Notes under the pieces: model-generated | The model's database searches: none | The model's input: only the letters and a program-made list of their open reading frames with translations | What the model was told of the DNA's origin: nothing | Shown: one piece after another, positions 24,887-35,450 of the stretch | How positions within the stretch are numbered: the first letter of the stretch is position 1 | Layout of the letters: each line of letters opens with the position of its first letter | Translations under genes and position numbers: made by a program | NCBI GenBank assembly: GCA_976551045.1 | Contig: CDPCPM010000571.1 | Location: 1 to 64,000, forward strand | Source: Glaucostegus cemiculus | Taxonomy: Eukaryota | DNA length: 64,000 bases | Reading direction: 5' to 3'

Positions 24887-25904
24887 CACTTTAGAGAAGG
24901 GTAATTTTCCCCTCTTGCTGGGATAATTTCCTGCTCTTAGCACCAGTTTTGAAAAACCTGCCTTTTTCTAATCATTTTAACTGTCTGACCTGCTCAGCCA
25001 TCCTTGTGAATAAGAGTGATAATAGATAGAGATATGGCAGATAAGACTCAATTGGGTTTGTCATTAATAATATGCTGTCCCACTGACTAGCATGTTGGTA
25101 CATTACTGGACTAATATAGAGACCTGCACTAATATTCCAAATAAAGAGTAAAACTGCATTTAGTTAGCTGCTGAAATTAAATAAAGCAAAGATAAAAATC
25201 ACTTGTGCTGACTGTAACTACTGGATTTTCAGGGGAGAAAGAATAGATTTATAAATCCTGTTTAGAAGGAAATCTGCTGACCTTGCCCAGAGTTGGCCTA
25301 TGCAGGATCAGGGTCTGAACAACGTAATTTTTATACCCTGTCACTCTGAAAGCTGGAATTAATTTGTTTCTTATCAGCTGGTATCAAGCTAAGCATTTAA
25401 AAAAAGGTACACCCAGCCCTGTCAACTTTGTATACACCTGTTCATGTGGGGTGGGGGGGAAGAATTAAATGTGGGAGAGCTGTCTCAACCTTGTAGTTAT
25501 GCACTCAGAACATAAAGCAGACTTTGCTATGACCATCCTGGGATGTGTTCTGTTTCACTTCAACCTCATACTATGAAGTTGGAACACAATTAACCCTTGG
25601 AGTCTTTAACATCAACTGGAACCAATGAAACCTCATTGTGTTCAGTTTGCTCCTTTTTGAACTCCTCAGTTCAAGAAGGAGCAAACTGGTGAATCAGTAC
25701 TCTAATCTATTGAACATTGCTTGGAAGAAAGCAACAAATGATAATAGTGTGACTGGGGAGCTTAAACATCCATCATGAAGGCTGAATCAATACTACTATT
25801 ACTGACCCTGAGTAGAGTTGTACAGCAAAGGAACAGGCCCTTTGGCCCATGTCCATGTAGAACTTTTTACCCATTCTGTATCCTATTTCTTGCCTTTAAG
25901 TGTC

Positions 25905-26422
25905 TGTTGTGAAACAGATTTGAGGTCTTTAAGAGCAAGGACTCTGAACATAGTCTTAGAGGTAAATAATTTATATACAAAGCATGGGGGGGGGAAAGGG
26001 GCAACACGCACACCAGTGAATGTGGGGAAAATCGCAACAAGGGTAAAATACACGCACAACAAACTGGGTACAGACAATCAAGGAAAAACAATACACTACC
26101 TGCCACTCAGTGCAGGCATAGCTCTATGCTACTGGGAATACTAACTTAGAACACTCCTAGCCCTGTTGAGGTGTACACTTTACCAACAGTCTCTCCAGTG
26201 TTATTCCACAGTTCCTCTGAGCAAACAGAGAATGAACTATGCATGTGGCACTCTATTGTGCTAGAGGGCTGGGGTATCCAGCCCAGGTAGTTCAAAAAGG
26301 CCAATGACCTGAAGGTGCTTAAAGGGGCCAATGGTCAGGTGTGCACTGATGGATGGGGTGGAGCCAAACTTTGATCGATAGTGTGTCTTCTGACAAGGTA
26401 GGGGCAGTGTTGTCATGTGACA
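25905..26422. mobile_element. Candidate solo LTR inserted into a CR1 tail
   Basis: About 520-bp block with TGT...ACA ends that splits a minus-strand CR1 tail (25817-25900 and 26423-26600). No clear target-site duplication. Confidence 0.4.
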
Positions 26423-26724
26423 GCCACGACCCTCTACAATACATTGTCTAAATGTCTTTTAAATGCAGTGCTTGTATTTGACACTGCATCCTCTTGCAGC
26501 AAGTTCCAGATATCATCCATTCTGTGTTTAAAAGATCACTTTTCAACCTCCTTCCTCTTACCTTCAATCTCTGCCCTGTTCTTGTTACCCTTACTATGGG
26601 AAATAGATTCTAGGTAGATTTCTAGATACAAGTCATCAAGGGGTCTGGGAGAGAGTGAGAATATAATATTGCATTGAAGGATCACCCATGATCATACTAA
26701 GAGCAGGCTCAAAAGGACAAATGG

Positions 26725-27280
26725 TCAAATTATCCACTTATGCCTCATAATTTTGTCTACCTCTATCAGATTACCTTCCCCCCACTGCCTCCTTTGCTCC
26801 AGGGAAAACAAGCCCAGCCTATCCAATCTCTCCCCATAACTAAAGTTCTCCAATTCAAGCAATGTCCTGGCCATCCTAGAGAATCTCTGCACTCCAGCAC
26901 AGTCACATTGTTCCCATCGTGTGGTGACCAGAATTGCACACAAGTGCAGTCCAACTAGTGTTTCGTAAAGTTGCAACATAACATCCCAACTTTTATACTC
27001 TGTACCCTGTCCTCTGAAGGCAAGCATGCCATATGCTTTCTTCACCACCTTATCTACCTGTGTTGCCACTTTCAGGGAACTATGGGGTTGAATTCCCTGG
27101 TCCCTCTGTTCATCAGCATTCCTTAGCACCCTACCATTTACTATATATGTCCTACCCCTACTGACATCCCAAAATGTATCACCATGCACTTGGGATTAAA
27201 TTCCATCTGCCAACACTGCACAACTTTACATCTGATCAAGATCCTGCTGTAGCTTCAGACAACCTTCCTCACTATCCACA
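26725..27280 (-). mobile_element. CR1 ORF2 C-terminal fragment
   Basis: [22 protein letters not shown]...MLQLYETLV. Confidence 0.85.
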
Positions 27281-27284
27281 GCAC

Positions 27285-27447
27285 AAGAGACTGCAGATGC
27301 TGGAATCTGGAGAAGAAAACAAATTGCTGGAGGAACTCAGTGAGTCAAGCAGCATCTGTGGTGGGAAATGGACAAGGGAATCATTAATTTCTCTCCACAG
27401 ATGCTACCTGACCCACTAAGTTCCTCCAGCAGTTTGTTCTTTACTCC
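27285..27447. repeat. Penelope-derived inverted-repeat (hairpin) element
   Basis: Left arm tgctggaggaactcagtgagtcaagcagcatctgtgg pairs with right arm ccacagatgctacctgacccactaagttcctccagca. Related copies at about 3390-3540, 32700-32803 and 58650-58880. Confidence 0.7.
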
Positions 27448-27479
27448 TGTAAGGATCTTATCTGTTTCAATGAGAGTGA

Positions 27480-28026
27480 TGTCACTGTATAGCTTTCTGA
27501 CTGGTTGCATCACAGCCTGCTATGCAAGCTCCAATGCACAGGAATGCAAGAGGCTATAGAGAGTGGTGGACTCAGCCAGTTCCAGCATGGATACAGCTCT
27601 CTCCACCACTGAGGACATCTACAAGAGGCAATGTCTCTGGAAGGTGACATCCATCATCAGGGACCCTCACCATCCAGGCTGTGCCTTCTTCTTAAATGCT
27701 GCCATCAAGGAAAAGGTACAGAAGCCTGAAGACGCACACCTCAAGGTTCAACAACAGCTTCTTCCTTACTGCCATCAGGTCCTTGAACTGACCTGAAAAA
27801 CCATAACACTAGCTCAGATTATATTTTTTTCCTCTGTCTCAATCTTACAGTATTGTTATGTTTATTTTGTTGCTATTTTACACACATGTAGGTTATGTAT
27901 AATTTAAGTTTATGTTAACATGCTTGTTCTCATCTTGTAATGTACTGTGCTGCTGCTGTAAAAAGCTGATTTTCATGGCATTTATACCCATGTACGTATG
28001 CCAATGACAAGAATACACTTGAACTT
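27480..28026 (+). mobile_element. Rex1/Babar-like LINE 3' fragment
   Basis: LTGCITACY...CKRL.RVVDSASS...IIRDPHHPG C-terminal pattern; tail tgacaa...cttgaact. Confidence 0.75.
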
Positions 28027-29694
28027 TTAACTTGCATATCTCTACAACTCTATGCCTGGGGCAGTTTTCACACTTCTCAACAGATGAACGTATGTGAGGG
28101 CATTCTCATCCCAGGTATTCCTGCCTCATCTGTGTTAAACCTTTGTTTGGAGGAGTAGCCATCTCCCTCAATGATTCGATCCAGCTCTAAGGGGAACCCT
28201 TCAACCATGGGAAAGATAACATTACCGGCATTCCTCGAGTTATAAAATGGTTCCATTCCAGGAAAACTTGCAGATAGCACCACATGATGAATGTTATGCA
28301 GGTTGGCACGTGTCTTAAAGCAATCAAACCAGCTAGGGTTCACCTTGACTGTACTGCTACTTCCAAAATACCTATCAAATCAGTCACCTCCCACCCACTT
28401 CAGAAAAGGTTTTTAAAGCTGAAAAACCAAATGAGAAACTATTGATGTGGAAGGGAAAATTTGACCAGTGGACCCATTAGTGGAGTACAGCTGTAAAGGG
28501 ATTCTAAATTGCGGCTGATCTGTTGAGTTCCTTTTGACGTTCCAGACTGGGAATTTTTTCCCCCCCAAAGGAGAATTAACGATTAACAGACTTCTTGTGA
28601 CTTCAATAAAAGTCAAGTGGGAAAATCTTGTGAGAGGATACGTGCAAGGTTATTCCCAGAAACTGACGGCACGTGGCAATTTTGCATTTTGAACAAGAGC
28701 GCCTTGTCAGTTTAGTGAATAAGGCTGGTGTGCTGGGGCTGGAGACAGTTGTTATAGTGGAAGTTATAATGGAAATCACACACATGATTAGTTGTGCCTG
28801 CACCTCACAGGCGAGAGTACAACAAGCTGCAGAAGAACTAAACCTTAGCATGTCAGAATGAAAGAGTTAAAAGTTAAAACATCTTGTGATCAGTTGATGT
28901 TCAGTACGAATTTATGTGCTTCACAATTAGATATCCAAAATGAATTTTCAAACATCTGTACAGTCAAGAGAGGCTGAATAATAAAACAAGGGCTTTTGGA
29001 GATAGTAGAGGTTTTTTGTTTAGTCTTGGAAGAGATGGATCAAAAAAATTGAATTAAAGACACAAAGAATATTTTAATAAAAGAAATGTAGCTTTAGTTG
29101 TAAATGTATTTGATTATTTCCTTATGTTGGTTATGGAGTTGCAACATTCCTATGTTTTAAATACTTCATTGAAAATGTCTGTAGTTGGTTGATTTTACCC
29201 ATTGCTGTCATCTCATTAAAAGCTGTTTAAACCTCTTTAATGTTGGCAGTGTTTCTGAATTGTGTGCCTGTGTGATGTGGTTCTTAGAAGTTTTAATTCG
29301 TGTTACATAAGAGTTTGAATTATTATTAAAAGTTAAAGGCATTGGCATAAGATTTAATTTGTCTATAAAGTATTTGTAAAACTGAAAAGTCAAGTTCCAA
29401 AGATCAGCTTTGACTGAAGAATTTTAGAAGCTGTTGTTTAATCAACTGAACTTTTAAAAGTGTTTTGCTTCATTTGATTGCAGTTAAGGATTACTTTTCT
29501 TCATGGAGTTTATATTAAATTACTTGGCCCTGCTTAGTATTAATTGGAATATTTACTGAAACACTGTTTAATTTGATCATTGGGTTTTTGTCAGGTAAGG
29601 GTAATCTAGAAACGTGAATTAAGTTTGTGAGCTGAAATATCAAAGTATATTTGTGATGAGAAGGGTAGGAACACACTCTGCCTTCCTCTACAGT

Positions 29695-30282
29695 TAGAAA
29701 CATAGAAAACCTACAGCACAATTCAGGCCCTTCGGCCCACAAAGCTGTGCCGAATATGTCCCTACCTTAGAAATTACTAGGCTTACCCATAGCCCTCTAT
29801 TTTTCTCAGCTCCATGTACCTATCCAAAAGTCTCTTAAACAACCCTATCGTATCCGCCTCCACCACCGTTGCCGGCAGCCCATTCCACGCACTCACAACT
29901 CTCTGAGTAAAAAACGTACCCCTGACATCTCCACTGTACCTACTGCCCAGCACCTTAAACCTGCGTCCTCTTATGGCAACCATTTCAGCCCTGGGAAAAA
30001 GCCTCTGACTATCCACCCGATCAATGCCTCTCATCATCTTATACACCTCTATCAGGTCCCCCCTCATCCTCTGTCACTCCAAGGAGAAAAGGCCAAGTTC
30101 CCTCAACCTGCTTTCATAAGGCTTGCTCCCCATTCCAGGCAGCATCCTTGTAAATCTCCTCTGCACCCTTTCTATGGCTTCCACATCCTTCCTGTAGTGA
30201 GGCAACCAGAGCTGAGCACAGTACTCCAAGTGGGGCCCGACCAGGGTCCTATATAGCTGCAACATTACCTCTTAGCTCCTAA
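29695..30282 (-). mobile_element. Young 5'-truncated CR1 3' end
   Basis: MLQLYRTLVGPHLEYCAQLW and [24 protein letters not shown]; CpGs retained; tail (reverse complement) gggccgaagggcctgaattgtgctgtaggttttctatgtttcta. Confidence 0.92.
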
Positions 30283-30648
30283 GTTTTGGGAGTGTTTTTG
30301 GTTACAACCTGTGTTCTGATGAAAAGTGTATGTGAAGTTTCAGAACTGAGCTGTAGATAGCTCCAAACCATTATATTTTATTTTCTAGTGTGAATGTTAA
30401 GATTTGTTTCTCTATGGAAGTAAACTTTCCCTTTGCAATCTTTCAGTTACTTCAGAAGTATCTAAAGAAAAGCATTGTGAATCTGGTGTGCCTGGGACCA
30501 TCAGTGTGTAGGGCCGGAAATAGGGAATCAGGAACGTGGGGGCCAAGATTTGTGGGCTGGGAATGGGGACATTGTTGCACCTGGGATGAAAGGATGGGGA
30601 GAGTGGGGAGCAATACAGGTGGCAAAGGCTGCTATGCCTGAGGTCTAC

Positions 30649-30802
30649 TCTGTGTGTGAGTGTGTATGTAAACATGGCTTTGTGTGTGTGTGTGTGTGTA
30701 TGCAAACGTCTGTGTGTGAGTGTGTATGTAAACATGGCTTTGTGTGTGTGTGTGTGTGTGTGTGTGCAAACGTCTGTGTGTGAGTGTGTATGTAAACATG
30801 GC

Positions 30803-30836
<34 letters not shown>
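30649..30836. repeat. Compound minisatellite: three units of about 60-64 bp, each containing a (GT)n microsatellite
   Basis: Unit TCTGTGTGTGAGTGTGTATGTAAACATGGCTTT(GT)n...GCAAACG starts at 30649, 30709 and 30773. Confidence 0.9.
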
Positions 30837-30837
<1 letters not shown>

Positions 30838-30849
30838 ACACTGGTCTGT

Positions 30850-31730
30850 GCCCCTCTGCCAAAGCTCATGGTCTACCAGGCAGCAGTGATCCCTGTCCTC
30901 CTGAATTCTTTGCATCCTGAACAAGCAACAGCAAGCATCTTGAGGCACCAGAATGATACTACTACACTATCTCTGCAAAATCCTGTAAACTCACTGGATT
31001 CCCCCAGGCTGTCGGGCTCCTGAATACCCTGGAGACAGTTTCAGAAAAATGCCGCGTCAATAGCCCTATCTTGCACAACGGCGCATAAGAACTTTGGCTG
31101 CTGCTGAACATGTTTGTACACTTAGTGCAACACACTGAGTTCTGCATTTTCTTCGTCTAACTCAGTTTTGCACTAATCCTGCACTAAATTTGTATTCTGT
31201 ATATACCATTTTCTGCACCACTTGTACTTGCACAATTTTTTTGTCTGTGTTTATTGTATGTCTTCTGTTTTATGTATGTCCTCTGTTGTGAATCTGGGGG
31301 AAACGACGTTTCGTCCCTCCATGTGTTTTTATAGCATATGGGTGAATGACAATAAAGTAACTTGAACTTGAAGGACCAGCAAAGTAACATCAGCGTTCTC
31401 TCCCGAACCAGTATCAAAGCCCCAGTTACACTCAGTCGGCTACATCAGACAGACCACCTTACCTACATGCCCAACACCAAGAAACAGATATCCCATTTCG
31501 AGCTCTGTCACGGGAAAAGATTATGAGATGAACAGACGAAATGATTCAGGCGTGTGCGCGAGGCCTCCTCCGAGAATTGCAACATCGCTGACTCCTGGGA
31601 ATCTCTGGTCCATGACCTATTAAAGTAGAAAAGGAACATTCAGGATGGTATTGAGAATCTCAAGGCTATGCATCAGGAGCACCCAGAGGCCCTGTGTAGG
31701 TGTGCAGCACCTTGCAAACCACCCACTCAC
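30850..31730 (+). mobile_element. RTE-clade LINE 3' fragment interrupted by a Rex-like tail (about 31020-31370)
   Basis: [14 protein letters not shown] (RTE KxxVYxAxVxxxLLY pattern) and later gcaacatcgctgactcctgggaatctctgg; the insert ends tgacaataaagtaacttgaacttgaa. Confidence 0.6.
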
Positions 31731-32459
31731 CTTGTCTGCTTCTTGGTTTGTGTGAAGGAACACAATTGCCTGGTTTATCCCATTCTGCTGTGGGGTGAAA
31801 TATGAAGTCAGTGAAGTGTCTGCCTCTACCAGTTGTTGGTGATGATGCTTCATAAATACCCTGTATTTCTGGCGCACCCTTTCTTTGATATTATCTGTGA
31901 TTCCAAATCCCGTCATTGCCCCATCAGTCCTGTGAAGCAGCTTTTTCCAGAGGGACTTATCTGAGCTCGATGGACATCAAATGAAACAACATTAGACGGG
32001 GTCATCACCATAGCAACAGTATTTGAAAGCTGCGTCAGTGCCCTGACTCTGCTGAATGTAACAGCTTCCTTAAGGTATATATTCTCAATGCAGGTCGGCT
32101 TGTACAGACTGAATAATTCCACTCGGTTAGAATTCCGTCCCCTTGACAGCAGACGTGCTCAGCTACAGACACAACATGCATGGATCCGAACCCCGACTAA
32201 CAGTAAATACCTAAAGGACATCCTGGATGGTCCTCGAACACAACAGTCAAAGTGACAGCAACTGAACCTGCAGCTTGTTCATCTTTCTCTAACAAGGGTA
32301 AAAACCCTTGATATAATTAATTAGACTCAGTGGTGCACCACATAGGACAAATGGCTGCTCTCTTCCACGCCCGGGAAATGGGCATTCTCGGAATTATACA
32401 CGGTTATAAAAAGAATACACTGACAACGTTCTTAGAAAGGAAGAGTACAACAGAGGGAT

Positions 32460-32645
32460 TGAATGCTCCTGCTGCCGACTTCACTCAGCCTCCACATGTT
32501 CCCGTCGAGACTCTGGCGTTCAGTGCCATCCAGGTGATCCTTGTCCATTCTGAACAGTCATGATCCACGGATACCCACGGCGGCGGGGATGTTGCAACTT
32601 TTAAAGGAGGTCTTAATGGACATTTTGTTCATCATCCTGGCCCCT
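32460..32645 (-). mobile_element. RTE LINE C-terminal fragment
   Basis: Reverse complement cctcctttaaaagttgcaacatccccgcc resembles the RTE piece at 31560-31620. Confidence 0.5.
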
Positions 32646-33573
32646 GAGGGTGGGGCAGGGGAAAGACAAAGGGTAAAGAGTGTAGGGTCCCCGCTACACT
32701 CTCAGTCCTGACGCAGGATCTTGGCCTGAACTGTCGATCATCCCTCTGCCTCCACAGATGCTGCCTGATCTATCGAGTTCTTCCAGCAGTTTGTTTCTAG
32801 CTCACTAGAAGTCTGAATGCCTATTCTGATCTGGTCTGCTAATGAGCAGCCAACCTCCAGAGCACTGCAGATGATCCTGCATTTCACTCCAGAAAGCAAA
32901 TCGATTTTCAGTCGCATAACATGGAAATAAAACGCAATTAAATCCTGAGTTCTCTGCCAAAGTCAATATTTTGGCTCATTACTGTCAACTCACAGCTAAA
33001 CATTTCTTGACAAAACAATGTTAAAGCATTATTCTTTTCAGTTCAGACAGTGAATTTGGACCAACAAATGCAGGAGGCTCACCACCGGTAGCAAATTTTG
33101 GACCATTAATCCAGTAAATAGGACACAATATCATTCAATCAATACTCAATAGGAGAGGATTATCTTTGAATAAACCCATTACGTACACATGAAAGGGAAC
33201 CTACAAATGTATGCAAAAGGGGGAGTTTAGTTCAGATTAGCCCAATAAATTCTCAAAAAGAGATAAAATGGCAATTTATAATTTCAGTTTCCATGAACGC
33301 AACTGTTGCATCAATGTCACTTGGTAATGTCTTCCCATGCAAAAATTTCACTTGAAGACAAATGACAACTAATTGAGAGTGATAAAGGAGATTTGTAATT
33401 CCAGAGGTCTTTGTTTAGTCTAATTCTCATTTACTTTTTAGATTAACTTTACAATTTGAATCAAAAAACAGACAAGCAGATTCTATGAGTTCAGTGGCCA
33501 CGTTTACAGGAGGCAATAGATCGGAGAATGTTGCCCCTTAAGTGTTCAAGAGAATCAGAAAGAGGAGTCAGCC

Positions 33574-33789
33574 ATCTCAGACATGGACCTGCCTGCATGG
33601 AGCAGGTTCCCTTGGTGTGGGTTGGATCACAGACATGGACCTGCCTGCATGGAGCAGGTTCCCTTGGTGTGGGTTGGATCTCAGACATGGACCTGCCTAC
33701 AGGGAGCAGGTTCCCTTGGTGTGGGTTGGATCTCAGACATGGACCTGTCTGCAGGGAGCAGGTTCCCTTGGTGTGGGTTGGATCTCAGA
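33574..33789. repeat. 52-bp minisatellite, 4 copies plus a partial
   Basis: Unit ATCTCAGACATGGACCTGCCTGCATGGAGCAGGTTCCCTTGGTGTGGGTTGG at 33574, 33626, 33678 and 33730, with 1-2 mismatches each. Confidence 0.95.
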
Positions 33790-34959
33790 GATGACCACGT
33801 CAATATGGAGGACATTCCTCAGAGCATTTTAACTCCAGAGATGCCTGTGTGTAAAATTTCTGCACTGAAGTAACAGCATTGATCCGTCTTATTTTCACTC
33901 TTCAAGTTTAAGCCCTCCACTCCAATTTAAAATTTACAGTTACCCTACTCTACAATGTTTGCTCCAACATTGGACTCCCCTGCAAATAGTGTTACTATCT
34001 GTTAATGAGTGCTGTCCGGCTGTTATTGTTCGATGCAAGAAAGACAACACACCTTACTCACATGTGTCTAGAAGTGAGATTTGAGCCTTGCTAAACCAGT
34101 GGTGCACAAAACACGTCTGGCACTAATACCCAATTGCAAAATAGGGTAAAAGTAGGTTACAGATAGGGCTATGCACATGTAATCATGTGCTAAAAAGCAG
34201 GGTTTGCATGGTTCCTATAAGGTGCTCATAACTGCCACAACATTGTCAATGTTGATCGCTGAAAAACAAATTAGACTTAAAGGAGCTCTCTTCATTGTAG
34301 CCAAAGAACAGCTGCTGAAAAGACTGTCAGAGAGATGGAAAAAATAGTGAAGGAGTCAAGATGATCTCCTGTGTACCCCCCACCCCCCATACTCCCAGTC
34401 AAGTCCTGTGCCACAAGTCCCCCTATGTCTCTGCAAGGTGTGAGGTAATCAACAAGGCATACCTGTAGCATACGGCTCTGTTCTAAATCATCCCTCCAGT
34501 TCTGTGGGGTCTGAGGTGGCTATTGAGGCCAGTGCGGGAACCACAGACTCTTCCGCTGATCGGGTAGCAGGTGCTGGTGGGTCAAGTACCTGGGTAGTGT
34601 GTGAGGTAGTGCACTCCTTCCACTGCTTACACGGGGTTTCTGTGTTCTCAATACCATCCAGAATGCTCGTTCTTCACTTGAGCAATTATGGCCCAGGGTT
34701 TGCAGGGAGCCAGTGAAGGACGTCACATTTCCTCATGGAGACTTTGAGCACATCCTTGAATCTTTTCCTCTATCTGCATGGTAACCAGTTTCCTTGACAA
34801 TTCCACGTAGGTTGCATGCAAGAACTGTGAGCCTTCCATCCTCCTGAGCATCCAACACCTGAAGCTGATACATGCTTTGTGCAAGGCATTGACGTTACAG
34901 TGCAGACCCTTTAACTGCCTCACTTAAATCCTACAGAACTGTAGAAATAAACTGGCATC

Positions 34960-35450
34960 AGAGAGACAGAAATATAGACTAGATAGAAAGGGGGAGAGTA
35001 ACATTGAGAGAGAGAGAGATTGAATGGAGAAAGGCAGAGAAACTGAGGAGAGAGAGACAGACAGAGATGGGGGAGGGGGGGGGGAAGAAAGCACAAAGAC
35101 CACAAGCTGGGGTGTGAAAGAGAGAAAAAAGGGGAGCAAGTAAATCAAGTTGGGTAGAGACAGTGAGACAATGGGGAAAGCAGTAGAACGCAAAGTGGCA
35201 GAGGGGAAGAGAGAAAACACAAATGTGAGAGCGGGGAGGGAAACTGGGAGGCAGTGAAACACAAACAGGAGAGGGCAAGCGGGGGAAGCTGAAACACAGC
35301 CAGGAGGATGAAACACAGACTGGGCAAAGAAAGAGAAATAAAGATGTAGAAGGAGAGAGAGACACACAAACTGGGGAGAGAGGGAGAGGGAATCATGAAC
35401 GGGGGAGAGAGAGAAAGATAAAGTGAGAGAGAGATAGGGTAAGAGAGGAG
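34960..35450. repeat. Purine-rich (GA) low-complexity tract
   Basis: Dominated by GAGA, GGAG and ACAG; gives rise to the spurious S/L/P-rich ORFs on the minus strand. Confidence 0.8.

Noticed and set aside
30412-31023. His/Thr- or Cys/Val-rich ORFs
   Set aside because: They are translations of the (GT)n compound repeat.
33574-33789. Regular repeats resembling a CRISPR array (also 53301-53447)
   Set aside because: They are head-to-tail units with no unique spacers, there are no cas genes, and the context is eukaryotic.
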